Of a stretch of DNA of 64,000 nucleotides, positions 20,121-29,485 are shown piece by piece. Below the pieces are notes generated by a model, which worked only from the letters and a program-made list of their open reading frames with translations, was not told the origin of the DNA and made no database searches. Every line of letters begins with the position of its first letter. Positions within the stretch are counted from its first letter, which is position 1. The DNA lies in IMG/VR virus record IMGVR_UViG_3300045988_132388. One strand, written 5' to 3'. The position numbers were made by a program, and so were the translations under genes. The stretch comes from a virus.

Positions 20121-20399
20121 GGGGATTTTGGGTTGGTGAGGCGGACATTGTTTATCGGAGGATTCTAACAACGAATGGCACGAACGACACGAATTTTTTG
20201 CATGTTCATGAAATTCGTGAAATTTGTTGTTTAAAAAAAGACTGCGGGCTTCGCTGTCTTCCTTTTCCTTTGCACCCTGGATAAGTTTGGAAAGTTCGAG
20301 GTGTGGGGGATTCGGAGGAAAACTATGCGAGTTGCGCAGTCTAAGTAGCATGTTTTATTAACCTATTCCTCTTGCATACATGATGCAACCATGCCGTTA

Positions 20400-20795
20400 T
20401 TAAAAATCAAAGTCATTCATTTCGTTTGCAGCTTGGAGGTCATAGCTCTCCACGTTCTCAATCACCATGTCCTCGCCCTGAAATAGCTTAACGGTAATCT
20501 TGCTGTTCTTCAAGTCGGGGTGTACGCTGCGAATATTGTTGTGCGAAATCCACATCGGGATATTGCTCTCCTTGGTATATACCACGAGATACCACGGTCC
20601 GGTCTTGCACTTCTCTATAGAAACAGCAAGGTGAGACGTAACGAAGTTTGAAACCTTGTCAAGAATTTCGTCGAGAAACTCCACCTTGCGCTTGTCGCTG
20701 CACTTTTTCGCCCAACAGACGAGGAGCATAAAGAGAACGACGGAAAGAAGAAGAGTAAGGATAAGGATTAGAAAACCCATAGTTGTTGCTATCAT
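20400..20795 (-). CDS. membrane-anchored hypothetical protein
   Basis: 131 aa with an N-terminal TM helix (GFLILILTLLLSVVLFMLLV). Confidence 0.55.
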   Translation of the reverse strand: MIATTMGFLILILTLLLSVVLFMLLVCWAKKCSDKRKVEFLDEILDKVSNFVTSHLAVSIEKCKTGPWYLVVYTKESNIPMWISHNNIRSVHPDLKNSKITVKLFQGEDMVIENVESYDLQAANEMNDFDF

Positions 20796-20830
20796 AATTG
20801 TTCTGTTTTAATTGTTATTGTTTTAATTGT

Positions 20831-21649
20831 TTATCGTTTGATATTCCACATGTGCTCAGCCGGGCCAACGAGCACGTCAATGTTTGCGCCCTGCTTCTGA
20901 GCCACCGTCTCCACCCATTTAAGCTGAATAAACTGCTGTGGATTGAGGTTCATTTCGCTCATATACGCCTTGTCTGCCACAGCCTTTTGGCGTTCAGCCT
21001 TCTCGCGAGCCACCTGAACCTCATACTCACGTTCCTGCGTCTGCTTGGCCTGTACCATTTTAGCCGTACGGTTCATTTCGGCAAGCTGCTCCTTGTTGGG
21101 TGTTGCCTTGCCGATGATAACGTCCTTGATGATGACTGGCATAGGCTTGTGTTTGGAGAGGGCTGCGACGTAATCCTGCATCTGCTTCAGAATCTTCTTA
21201 TCGATGGTGCTGAGTACTTCACGGTTCGACATAAGGTCAAACGGACTGTACTGCGAGATATGGTCTCTAACAAGATTACAGAAGTAGTTGTAGAGGTTGG
21301 TGTTAAACCAGTCGCGTCCATAGTTCTGAAGAAGCACGGGCGAACTGCCCTGCTCTACTTGAGTGACGATTACCGAGTGGAAATCAAGCGGAGTGTTGTC
21401 GTCAGAGAAAATGTCGTCAAGAAACACCTCATGGCGTACCGGGACAATCTTGAACGTCTCGGCGCGGGTGCTCATTGCACACCATGTCAGACCACTCTGA
21501 ACGGGAGTGCTGTCAACACCACCGTGTCCGAATATCCAAGGCTTCTTCACCAACACGGCTTCCTCGTCGGCATCGGGCGACACAAAACGACACGAGGATA
21601 ACATCACTACTGCGACAAGCGCAAAAAGAATTGAAAATAATTTTCTCAT
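20831..21649 (-). CDS. lipoprotein with SPFH/band-7 (prohibitin)-like domain
   Basis: 272 aa. Signal peptide plus lipobox (VVMLSSC). The core resembles SPFH, and there is a C-terminal Ala/Glu/Lys/Gln coiled coil (AKQTQEREYEVQVAREKAERQKAVADKA). Confidence 0.5.
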   Translation of the reverse strand: MRKLFSILFALVAVVMLSSCRFVSPDADEEAVLVKKPWIFGHGGVDSTPVQSGLTWCAMSTRAETFKIVPVRHEVFLDDIFSDDNTPLDFHSVIVTQVEQGSSPVLLQNYGRDWFNTNLYNYFCNLVRDHISQYSPFDLMSNREVLSTIDKKILKQMQDYVAALSKHKPMPVIIKDVIIGKATPNKEQLAEMNRTAKMVQAKQTQEREYEVQVAREKAERQKAVADKAYMSEMNLNPQQFIQLKWVETVAQKQGANIDVLVGPAEHMWNIKR

Positions 21650-21672
21650 AATTGTTGTTGTTTAATTGTTTG

Positions 21673-22296
21673 TTATTTTGTTCTTGTTTCCTTCAACCGG
21701 TATTTGTAAGAGCTCAGTCCGTTATCTTCGCCCTTCTCAATCTTCCAGTCGAACCCAGCCGCTTGCAAGCTCTGCATGAAGACATTGTAGTCTCTATCAT
21801 CGATATACGGAGAAATGTTCTCTTCTTCAAAGACAACGAGGTGGGGATTGCGGTCGAGGTTGATGTGAAGTCGGTTTTTGCCGAGGAAGTCGCAAGACTT
21901 GGCCGTATCAATAGGAGCTTCAATATGCAGATTGTAATCTCCCTTTCCGCTTATCCAAAGGTAAGCATAGCAATAGAGTCTTTCTTCTTCAGCATCATAT
22001 CGCTTTGCACATACAATGCAAATTTCAGAGCTGCGGAACGAGAGGATTGCGTAAAGCCGTCCGTCCTCGATATGGTTGAGTATGTATTCGCGACGGTCTT
22101 TCGGAGAGAGGAGCACCGGCACATTGTCAGGGGCGGTCTTTTGCTTCCTCTCTTCCTTCCGTTGCTTTCTCTTCGCAAGATGCTCCTCACACGTTGCCTG
22201 TATGCGCCAAACGGAAAGGGTTACGAAAAAGGAACAAACGGCAACAGCGACGATGAAGAAGCCCCAGCCTAAAAAAGTAGATATAAATACGTTCAT
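21673..22296 (-). CDS. membrane-anchored hypothetical protein
   Basis: 207 aa with an N-terminal TM helix followed by a basic stretch (KRKQRKEERKQK). Confidence 0.55.
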   Translation of the reverse strand: MNVFISTFLGWGFFIVAVAVCSFFVTLSVWRIQATCEEHLAKRKQRKEERKQKTAPDNVPVLLSPKDRREYILNHIEDGRLYAILSFRSSEICIVCAKRYDAEEERLYCYAYLWISGKGDYNLHIEAPIDTAKSCDFLGKNRLHINLDRNPHLVVFEEENISPYIDDRDYNVFMQSLQAAGFDWKIEKGEDNGLSSYKYRLKETRTK

Positions 22297-22321
22297 TGTT
22301 CTATAAATTCGTTATTTGTTA

Positions 22322-23500
22322 TTACTTTGCCTTGAAGTTGTATATCGGCTTGATGCGCTCCACGATTTTTACGGTGTCGCCTATCAACGCTTCTATTTCC
22401 TTTGCCGACTTGTACGCCATTGGAGCTTCGTCGATGGTGGACTCACATACCGATGTGGAGTATATATCGTGCATCTGCTGTCGGTATTCCTCCATACTGA
22501 ACTGTTTCTTTGCCGCCGAGCGCGACATCAGTCTGCCTGCACCGTGGGGAGCCGACCGAAGCCAGTCGTCATTGCCCTTGCCGATACATAGTAGTGAACC
22601 GTCACGCATATTCAGAGGGATAATCAACGGCTCGCCAAACTCTGCGCTCACGGCTCCTTTGCGGATGATGCCATTGAAGATGTTGATATAGTTATGTACG
22701 GTGGTGAACGATTCGCCCCATGTCTTTATTCCGAGGCCCTTGATGATGGTTTGCGCCATAAGTCGGCGGCTCGTTTCGGCATACATCTGGCACACGTGCA
22801 TGGCATCATAGTAGTTGACGAGCGTGAAACCGCTGATATAGGCCATGTCTTTAGAAACGGGCTTCAGCTGGCGTAGCGCGTCGTTTATCTCGCTCTGTCT
22901 GCCCTGGGCTTTCAGTTCGGAAATGATACGTTCCCGCTCATCGCTGTTGTTGCATTGTCTTGATGCCAACTGCTGGAAATGCTTGCATATCTTCACGCCT
23001 AAATTGCGGCTACCCGAATGTATCACGAGATACTTGCGTCCGCTATTGTCCACGTCCACCTCGATGAAGTGGTTGCCACCGCCGAGGGTGCCAAGCGAGC
23101 GCATGACGTAATTGAGGTCGAAAAAATATTCCCAAGAATGCATAAATTCCCGAATTTTGCGCAACATAAGGTCAACCATATCCGAGGCTAAGGGACGCTC
23201 GTGCACGTTGAATCCGCTTGGAATATTGTCGTTGATGATGCGATCGAGCAAGGACAGGTCGATGTTGGCAAAGCCTAAATTCACGACGTGCATACCACAG
23301 CCTATATCCACGCCTACGGTATTAGGTACAACCTTGCCGGCAGTCTGAATTACCGTACCTATTGTGCATCCCTTACCCGCATGACAATCGGGCATAATGC
23401 GTATCTTGCAGTCGCGATAAGCCTCGCTCTCTGCCATCCGCCTTACTTGCTCCTGGGCTTCCGGCTCGATGGTCTTTGCAAAAATCTTTAAGTCGCTCAT
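22322..23500 (-). CDS. rtcB: RtcB-family RNA ligase (3'-phosphate/5'-hydroxyl)
   Basis: 392 aa. Carries MPDCHAGKG, VGVDIGCGM, GGGNHFIE, HSGSRNLG, HNY, APHGAGR and DEAPMAYK, which is the full RtcB motif set. Confidence 0.92.
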   Translation of the reverse strand: MSDLKIFAKTIEPEAQEQVRRMAESEAYRDCKIRIMPDCHAGKGCTIGTVIQTAGKVVPNTVGVDIGCGMHVVNLGFANIDLSLLDRIINDNIPSGFNVHERPLASDMVDLMLRKIREFMHSWEYFFDLNYVMRSLGTLGGGNHFIEVDVDNSGRKYLVIHSGSRNLGVKICKHFQQLASRQCNNSDERERIISELKAQGRQSEINDALRQLKPVSKDMAYISGFTLVNYYDAMHVCQMYAETSRRLMAQTIIKGLGIKTWGESFTTVHNYINIFNGIIRKGAVSAEFGEPLIIPLNMRDGSLLCIGKGNDDWLRSAPHGAGRLMSRSAAKKQFSMEEYRQQMHDIYSTSVCESTIDEAPMAYKSAKEIEALIGDTVKIVERIKPIYNFKAK

Positions 23501-23663
23501 TGTTCGTTGTTCTCTATAAATCCGTTAATAAAAAGAAATGTGCAGTGGTTGAGTTTTCCTTCTCCTCGCTGGTCTGCACCACAGCCCGTTAAGTACGTTG
23601 AACGGAGCGGCGACATGCGCACGCTGAGTACGGTCCCTTGGCCTTCGGGATGAATAGGGGCAA

Positions 23664-24056
23664 CTACAAACGTTTGAGGAGCGTACAGCATCGATAGTCA
23701 AACGCTTTTTCTTCGTAGCCCAACCTTTTATACCATTGCAACACCCACGGAGGAGAGTCGCGTCCGTCCCACGATATTGCAACGGTTTCTATGCCGTAAC
23801 GCTTCAGTGCCTTTTCGGCTGCCTCCATCAGGTGCTTTGCCACCTCACAGCCACGGTGCCGTTCGCCCACCCACAGCGAGTAGATAAGAGCGTCTGCCTC
23901 GCCATCCAAAGGCTTGTCTTCGGTGCGGTGAGGAATGAACGCCTGTATGCTGCCATGATGCTGCTCGTCGGTGACGAGTATGCGAATGGAGTCTTCCCAA
24001 TGTTGAAATTGTATCATGTGCAAAGATATGTTGTTTCTTTTACTCGATATGGACAT
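23664..24056 (-). CDS. GNAT-family N-acetyltransferase
   Basis: 130 aa. LWVGERHRGCEVAKHLMEAAEKALKRYG is an acetyl-CoA-binding R/Q-x-x-G-x-G/A-like segment. The C-terminus has YKRLGY. Confidence 0.75.
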   Translation of the reverse strand: MSISSKRNNISLHMIQFQHWEDSIRILVTDEQHHGSIQAFIPHRTEDKPLDGEADALIYSLWVGERHRGCEVAKHLMEAAEKALKRYGIETVAISWDGRDSPPWVLQWYKRLGYEEKAFDYRCCTLLKRL

Positions 24057-24379
24057 TCTCCTCGAAGTCGTATCTCTTGATAGTGCGGTCGGTGAAGTTG
24101 AGTTTTGTGATCATTGTTATATGTATTCTAAAATTGCTCTTTGTATGCGGTCGCTCATCGGGTTGGCAGGGATTGTATAAACACTGCACCGACTGAACGA
24201 ATAGGCTTCCTTGTCGCGGTCGCCACAACGCTGAAAAATGGTGATGTTATTCATATTCTTTAATCAGAAATACATTATGCTGCCACGAGTTGATTGTTAT
24301 GGTCGGGCAAACGGCTGGGCCTAATTTACCTCCATCGTTGTTGCCACGAGGATATTGGTAGAGGTCGTAGTTAGTCATA

Positions 24380-24670
24380 TTACCTTTTTTCTACTAATTC
24401 CCATGTCTTTTCATCACGAGAGGAATAGACAGTATAGGTAAGTTCGCCACAGTTCTTGGCTGTCCGCACTTCATTCAACATATCTCTCGTATAGAAGCAA
24501 CGCTCCATAAGGTACGCCAATGCCTTAAACTGGTCTTGAGTAAGGAAAACATCCTGCTCGCCACAAGTGATACCTACATTGTCGGTAATGGTGGAATAGA
24601 AGAGTTTTACATCTTCATCTTTTTCCTTTTCGTCGTTAAATACGGTTATCTTCGTTGTATTGTAACTCAT
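24380..24670 (-). CDS. hypothetical protein
   Basis: 96 aa ORF on the same strand. Confidence 0.5.
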   Translation of the reverse strand: MSYNTTKITVFNDEKEKDEDVKLFYSTITDNVGITCGEQDVFLTQDQFKALAYLMERCFYTRDMLNEVRTAKNCGELTYTVYSSRDEKTWELVEKR

Positions 24671-24689
24671 AATTCATTTCTCCTTTTCT

Positions 24690-25013
24690 TTATAATTCAA
24701 CAAACACGCAGATTCCGCCACTTGCAGCGGTCAGTGTGTTTACGAGCTTACCTCTCCCGACTGTGCGACTGCGCCTCAGTGCCGAGGACGGATAACTGAG
24801 GTCGGCAGCTTCGGGGCATGGGCAGTCAGTGTAACCCAGTTCAGTGGCTTGGCGTATGCGAAGGAACGTCTCGCCCTCTCGGTCCACCAACTGAAGGAAC
24901 GGTCGGTCGGTGGTAGAGTAGATGCGGTAGAGCGATCCGTCGGGACAGCGTCCATACAGCTTGCCGTTCTTAGTAATGGTGCCGCGCTTGTAGTGAGGGT
25001 CAGTCATATTCAA
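24690..25013 (-). CDS. small protein resembling a C5-cytosine methyltransferase target-recognition segment
   Basis: 107 aa with a TTG start. ...ATELGYTDCPCPEAADLSYPSSALRRSRTVGRGKLVNTLTAASGG resembles the ...GY..GD...L..P.S..RRGRVG....TLT... block seen in phage Dcm enzymes. No catalytic motifs are present. Confidence 0.4.
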   Translation of the reverse strand: MNMTDPHYKRGTITKNGKLYGRCPDGSLYRIYSTTDRPFLQLVDREGETFLRIRQATELGYTDCPCPEAADLSYPSSALRRSRTVGRGKLVNTLTAASGGICVFVEL

Positions 25014-25242
25014 TCATTATACAGTGTGGGCATTTGTAGTCGGTGGCCCGAAGAGCGGGCGAGAAGTTTCCCCCCCCCATCCTCGCCATTCGAGCCGATG
25101 GCTAACGGGATGCACGGAAATCTTAATGCCGGTCATTACTCAAAGCTAATCTTTGCATCCGACAGCTTCTGTTTGCAGACTACTCCGAGGTCCTTAATGA
25201 CACCCAGACACATATTGCACTCCAGGCATCTCGTGGAACAAA

Positions 25243-25692
25243 TTATAGGGCGGCTTTCCCAGTATAGGCAGGACATTCCTTTCGGCATATACAGCTTTTG
25301 TTCTTCACGAAGGAATTGATAGACTTCTCGTACTCCATCAGCCGACTAATCTTTTTGTCCAACTCATCGCAGAGGTCACGCATCTTGCGCATTTCGCAGA
25401 ACGTCTGTATTATAGGATGTTCCTCCTTGCGCTCTTTTGCTTCGCACAACTGATTCACCACTCTGTTGTAGTCGTCCACAAGCTCATTTACACGCTGCTC
25501 CAACTCCGCGTTCTCCTTCACCATCTGGCCCAGTCGCTGGATGAGCACATCATCTTTAATTCTCGAATCTCTAACCATAATATCTATTTTTTTTACGTTC
25601 AACGAAAAACTCTTTTTCCAACAACGAATTTCACGAATCTCCTCTGTGTTCATCTGTGTCCTCCGTAGTTTTCTTCTTACATCGGATTCCAC
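25243..25692 (-). CDS. hypothetical coiled-coil protein
   Basis: 149 aa with a GTG start and heptad-like E/K/L-rich sequence. Confidence 0.5.
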   Translation of the reverse strand: MESDVRRKLRRTQMNTEEIREIRCWKKSFSLNVKKIDIMVRDSRIKDDVLIQRLGQMVKENAELEQRVNELVDDYNRVVNQLCEAKERKEEHPIIQTFCEMRKMRDLCDELDKKISRLMEYEKSINSFVKNKSCICRKECPAYTGKAAL

Positions 25693-25772
25693 GGATTCAA
25701 CGGATTTTTCTGTTTATTCCGTGCATTCTGTTGGACCTATCTTCATGTAATACGTGTAATACGTAGTTTCTT

Positions 25773-26318
25773 TCATCTATGGAACATACATGGAGACGTA
25801 GATTTTTTATGCAGTGTATCGCGCTCCGCATCTTTCTGTTCATTCTGCAGTTCTACGTCCGTCACTTCCTGCCATGTATTACCGCGTCCGAATCCACACC
25901 TTGCAGCCACCGCACAAAAGCTCTTGTCGTGATGACCAGACCGACAAGTTCCAAAGTCAGCACAGGTATCACAGCCGAAATCCATCCAATCAGGATGATA
26001 CCACACCTTGTCGCCAATCCTGCGGATATAGCCCCTCTTTGTATCTACCACCAAGGTTCTCCCTACGGAAGGCCTTTTGGGCTTATTCAGAACAACCTTA
26101 TACCGATTGTTTTTCTTTCTTACGATATGATAATCATTAGGCAGTTCAAATCTCGGGTCTAAAACCCAGGGGACAATGCGCCACTTTTTGGGAAAATGAA
26201 ACTTCTTCGGGTCGCAATAGTCAAGAGACAGCTTGTCTTCTATTGAAAAAAAGTCTTTGTTGTTATCACAACGACCGAGCACGTCAACCCTCCATCCTAT
26301 GCGACGCTTTGCTGCCAT
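25773..26318 (-). CDS. hypothetical protein (paralog family with 26816-27157), Cys-rich C-terminal extension
   Basis: 181 aa. It shares W-x-V/F-x-V-x3-CDN...FP-KK...H-I-R-K-NR-KVV with the 113-aa ORF. Confidence 0.55.
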   Translation of the reverse strand: MAAKRRIGWRVDVLGRCDNNKDFFSIEDKLSLDYCDPKKFHFPKKWRIVPWVLDPRFELPNDYHIVRKKNNRYKVVLNKPKRPSVGRTLVVDTKRGYIRRIGDKVWYHPDWMDFGCDTCADFGTCRSGHHDKSFCAVAARCGFGRGNTWQEVTDVELQNEQKDAERDTLHKKSTSPCMFHR

Positions 26319-26342
26319 ACGCTATTCGTCTTTTAAGTTCAA

Positions 26343-26789
26343 CTACTCCTGCCATTCCTTATCATAAACGGAGCTTACAACCTCGAAGTCTTGCATCATC
26401 TTTTGCGAAATGGAATCGCGGATGCCGCCGGAAATGCCTCTGACGGACGACTTAGGGTTCTTGATAGCCACGATATAGAACGATGCCTCTTCCTCGCTCC
26501 AGCCTATCGCACCGTAATAATTGTCATACTTGTTGTCTTCGATACAACTGAACGGATAGATGTCGGACCGCAACACGTCGCCCTCATAAATCTCCTTGCC
26601 GTTCTTGTCGAGAAAGCCGGTAAACTGGCAGACGGTATCAGAGACTACCTTGTAGGCGATGTTTCTATTCAACATACTTTCCTTTTGTCTATCCTCGATA
26701 ATGTATGTATTACCATTCTCCTTATAGAATAATCCACAAGTCCATTCTTTGTTATCAAGGCGTTTACCCTTAAACTTGATTGTTCTCAT
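26343..26789 (-). CDS. YopX-family protein
   Basis: 148 aa. MRTIKFKGKR...W..G... followed by QFTGFLDKNGKEIYEGDV is typical of YopX. Confidence 0.75.
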   Translation of the reverse strand: MRTIKFKGKRLDNKEWTCGLFYKENGNTYIIEDRQKESMLNRNIAYKVVSDTVCQFTGFLDKNGKEIYEGDVLRSDIYPFSCIEDNKYDNYYGAIGWSEEEASFYIVAIKNPKSSVRGISGGIRDSISQKMMQDFEVVSSVYDKEWQE

Positions 26790-26815
26790 TGTTCTCTATA
26801 TTTTCGTTAATACTA

Positions 26816-27157
26816 TTAATGCTTATTCTTTATCCAGACAACCTTGAACCGATTTTCCTTTAACCTGATGATATGAAACAACGGTTTAGGTTTATCCATG
26901 AGCGGAAGATTCTTAGGAACGTATTTCTTAGGTGGAAAACGTAAACAGCGAGAGTCTCGCCAATCAAAATAGCCTTTTATCTTCAATACAGAACTATCAA
27001 ACTCTTCCTTATTGTCGCAATATTCAATCACTTCGAATTTCCACCAAAGACGACGTACCAGTTCTTCACTCAACTTTCGCTGGTTTTTCACCCTAACCCG
27101 AAAATTTTTAGAGTTGGGCATCAATTTCTTTATGATTTGAGTTGTCTTTATCTTCAT
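26816..27157 (-). CDS. hypothetical protein (paralog of the N-terminal part of 25773-26318)
   Basis: 113 aa. Similarity to the paralog was seen by eye. Confidence 0.55.
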   Translation of the reverse strand: MKIKTTQIIKKLMPNSKNFRVRVKNQRKLSEELVRRLWWKFEVIEYCDNKEEFDSSVLKIKGYFDWRDSRCLRFPPKKYVPKNLPLMDKPKPLFHIIRLKENRFKVVWIKNKH

Positions 27158-27163
27158 TGTCCT

Positions 27164-27457
27164 CTACCTTTTCGTTAATACATTATTACGTTCTCGCTCC
27201 AACTCCTCCCTTTCCTGCTGCATCTTTTTCAAGCGAATGGCAAGCTTGTTGTCGGTTCCATACTGCTTGATGAGCTGGCGCGACTTATACACCCCTGCGA
27301 AAACGTAAAGAAAGAGGACGAGGATATTCAACACCACAATTAAGAGCGTTGGCAGCATAACTAACCACCACGACCAACTGATTGCTCCGCAGAGTTTCAT
27401 AACAATGAAGGCTACCTGAAGCAATGCCATCATAAAATCAATAATTCCAAATTTCAT
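27164..27457 (-). CDS. small membrane protein
   Basis: 97 aa with 2-3 TM helices and a charged coiled tail. Confidence 0.55.
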   Translation of the reverse strand: MKFGIIDFMMALLQVAFIVMKLCGAISWSWWLVMLPTLLIVVLNILVLFLYVFAGVYKSRQLIKQYGTDNKLAIRLKKMQQEREELERERNNVLTKR

Positions 27458-27464
27458 ATCTCGT

Positions 27465-27920
27465 TTATAATTTTAGTTTTGCATCAAAGCCCAGCACCCA
27501 AAGGATATTTTGGAGCTCGTGGACGTGTTGAATGTGGCGTATCAGAACATGGTCAGGCAAACTACGATACTTTATGAAAACGGACATTTTACCAATTTTA
27601 CGCTCTACCGCCAAATATCTCGCAAGAGAATACTCCTCGTTATCAAGAGACTTTGTATAGTATTCGCCAACGATTTCTTCTTTGAAACCGTTCTTGTTAA
27701 GTATTTCGGGTGTGACGGGTATGCCTTCAATATTACAGCACCAAGCTCCCCAAGGACCGTCGTCTTCATCGTTGATAGTACTTAGACTAACGACACCTTT
27801 TTTATCCTCAAAGACTTTTAGGGGATTTATATCGGTAACAGCGCACATTGTGCCTTTGGGAAACATGCAATCGTGGTTTACCCTTACAAGGTTGCCCGTT
27901 CTTAGATTTTCGGGTTTAAT
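27465..27920 (-). CDS. hypothetical protein (start moved to the internal ATG)
   Basis: The track ORF runs to 28028, but its first 36 codons overlap the upstream YopX gene. MIKPENL... gives an ATGA start/stop overlap at 27916-27920. Confidence 0.5.
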   Translation of the reverse strand: MKPENLRTGNLVRVNHDCMFPKGTMCAVTDINPLKVFEDKKGVVSLSTINDEDDGPWGAWCCNIEGIPVTPEILNKNGFKEEIVGEYYTKSLDNEEYSLARYLAVERKIGKMSVFIKYRSLPDHVLIRHIQHVHELQNILWVLGFDAKLKL

Positions 27921-28341
27921 CATTGCTTCCCTCCTCTTCTTTACGTTGAGAAACCTTAAATAGCATTGTCCACTTCTGCTCGTAGATATTGCCAATAACC
28001 TCAATGTCGCAACGACGCAACATTGCACCTAAAGGACTGGTACAAGGTAATTTTGCATAATCCGCTTTCGGGTAGAAGCCGCCTAAATCTTCCGCCCATA
28101 TCACGACACAGTAATCTGGTCCGATATGGATAACGTCACCCTCATATATTTCCTTGCCGTTCTTATCATGGAAGCCAGTGAACTGGCAGACAGTCTGGGG
28201 GTCTACTTCAAACGTAAATTTAGGACGTCCATCACGGCACGGATTGTTTTTTATAAGAGTCTGATCTGCCACATGGGACAGATCGCCGTAATTCCACTGT
28301 CCATCCTCTATGCTCTTACCTTTAAACTTAATCGTTCTCAT
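27916..28341 (-). CDS. YopX-family protein (second copy)
   Basis: 141 aa. MRTIKFKGKS...QFTGFHDKNGKEIYEGDVI. Confidence 0.75.
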   Translation of the reverse strand: MRTIKFKGKSIEDGQWNYGDLSHVADQTLIKNNPCRDGRPKFTFEVDPQTVCQFTGFHDKNGKEIYEGDVIHIGPDYCVVIWAEDLGGFYPKADYAKLPCTSPLGAMLRRCDIEVIGNIYEQKWTMLFKVSQRKEEEGSND

Positions 28342-28374
28342 ATTCTCTATAAATCCGTTAATGTTGTTCGATTA

Positions 28375-28638
28375 TTATCTCTTTCTTCGCTTCGCCCTAC
28401 GTCGCTCTTGCAGGTTATGCCGCACAAGGGGCGTGATGATGATTGAGTGCGAACCGTCGGGCATGATGTATTGGGCTATCCATTTACACTTGCCTTCAAT
28501 AAAATCGTCTATATCCTGCAATACGCCCTGTAGAATCTGTGCCGTCGGTTTTCTCTCACCTACTTGGTTTTTATACAAATGGCGAATGTATGCCGGATTA
28601 ACGGTAACGATGTATTGTTTTTCTTTGTGTACTTTCAT
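28375..28638 (-). CDS. hypothetical protein with basic tail
   Basis: 87 aa ORF with a C-terminal ERRRAKRRKR. Confidence 0.5.
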   Translation of the reverse strand: MKVHKEKQYIVTVNPAYIRHLYKNQVGERKPTAQILQGVLQDIDDFIEGKCKWIAQYIMPDGSHSIIITPLVRHNLQERRRAKRRKR

Positions 28639-28846
28639 TGTTCTCTATTTTTTTCGTTGTGCTTTACTTTGTTCCTCTTAAATTCTGTAGTTTCAACCTT
28701 ACGACATTACAATCCAGTTTCTCCCAATTTTTCAACGCATCTTTTATAGGCGAAAAAATGGCGGAAGGGTCGATTCTTATGACGTTATTGTTTGTTACTT
28801 TTACGCAGTCGGGACGGTTGCGACGGTTTACTTTTATGTACATAAG

Positions 28847-29460
28847 CTAATCTATTAGTTCAAAATCATAAACGAATACATAAGGATTGCTCTCCCAAGT
28901 GCCTTTGCCGGAGATGCGGTCTATAAGGGAGGCGTAGGCTCTTTTTACAGAAGGAAACAATTGCCAGGGTCCGTAGCCTAAGACGGAATGTTCATAGGTT
29001 GTTCCTGACTCGCCTTCCCCACGAATAGGAGCTACACCCCACAGCGTGTTTTAATGTCTGAACGACATATACCCTCCTTCAAACAGTCCTCGTCGCTTAT
29101 ATCCTGCAAACGCTCCATGCGGATCTTAGTTATGCGGATGTGGTGAGGCATAAGGTCTGCACGGACAAACATCTTATTGTTGCACCCTCTCTCGTACTTG
29201 ATACACTCCAAAGGCATTCCGTTTTTGCCACAAAGACGGTAAAATTCATCATTCTTTATCAGATCTTCGTATTTCTGAGCAATGGCTATAGTTTCGCCGA
29301 GTGTGTAGCGAGACCTGACTGAAATTAAATATTCCGGTGTTATACCGTGTAAAAGAGACTCTTCGCCGCGTTTTAGAAACGTTCTTCTTGTCTGGGTCTT
29401 TCTTCCTTCGAGTACTGCCTGCGTGAGACCGTACTTGTCGTTGAACATAATCTTCTTCAT
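28847..29460 (-). pseudogene. ASCH-domain protein gene split by a frameshift
   Basis: The N-terminal ORF 29032-29460 begins MKKIMFNDKYGLTQAVLEGRKTQTRR, an ASCH-type start. The C-terminal part (...GYGPWQLFPSVKRAYASLIDRISGKGTWESNPYVFVYDFELID*) continues in another frame to 28847. The two frames overlap at a GGGG run near 29040. Confidence 0.6.
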
Positions 29461-29485
29461 ACTCTATATTTCCGTAAATACATTA

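Noticed and set aside
19986-20351. 121-aa minus-strand ORF upstream of the 584-aa gene
   Set aside because: It overlaps the start of the 584-aa gene and spans a spacer full of inverted repeats and a -7 box. The translation looks non-protein-like. It is treated as regulatory DNA.
20798-21601. 267-aa plus-strand ORF (likewise 21652-22272, 29423-30253, 18566-19270, 33210-34076)
   Set aside because: Each mirrors a better-supported minus-strand gene (SPFH lipoprotein, membrane protein, 350-aa ORF, 584-aa ORF, protease-scaffold).
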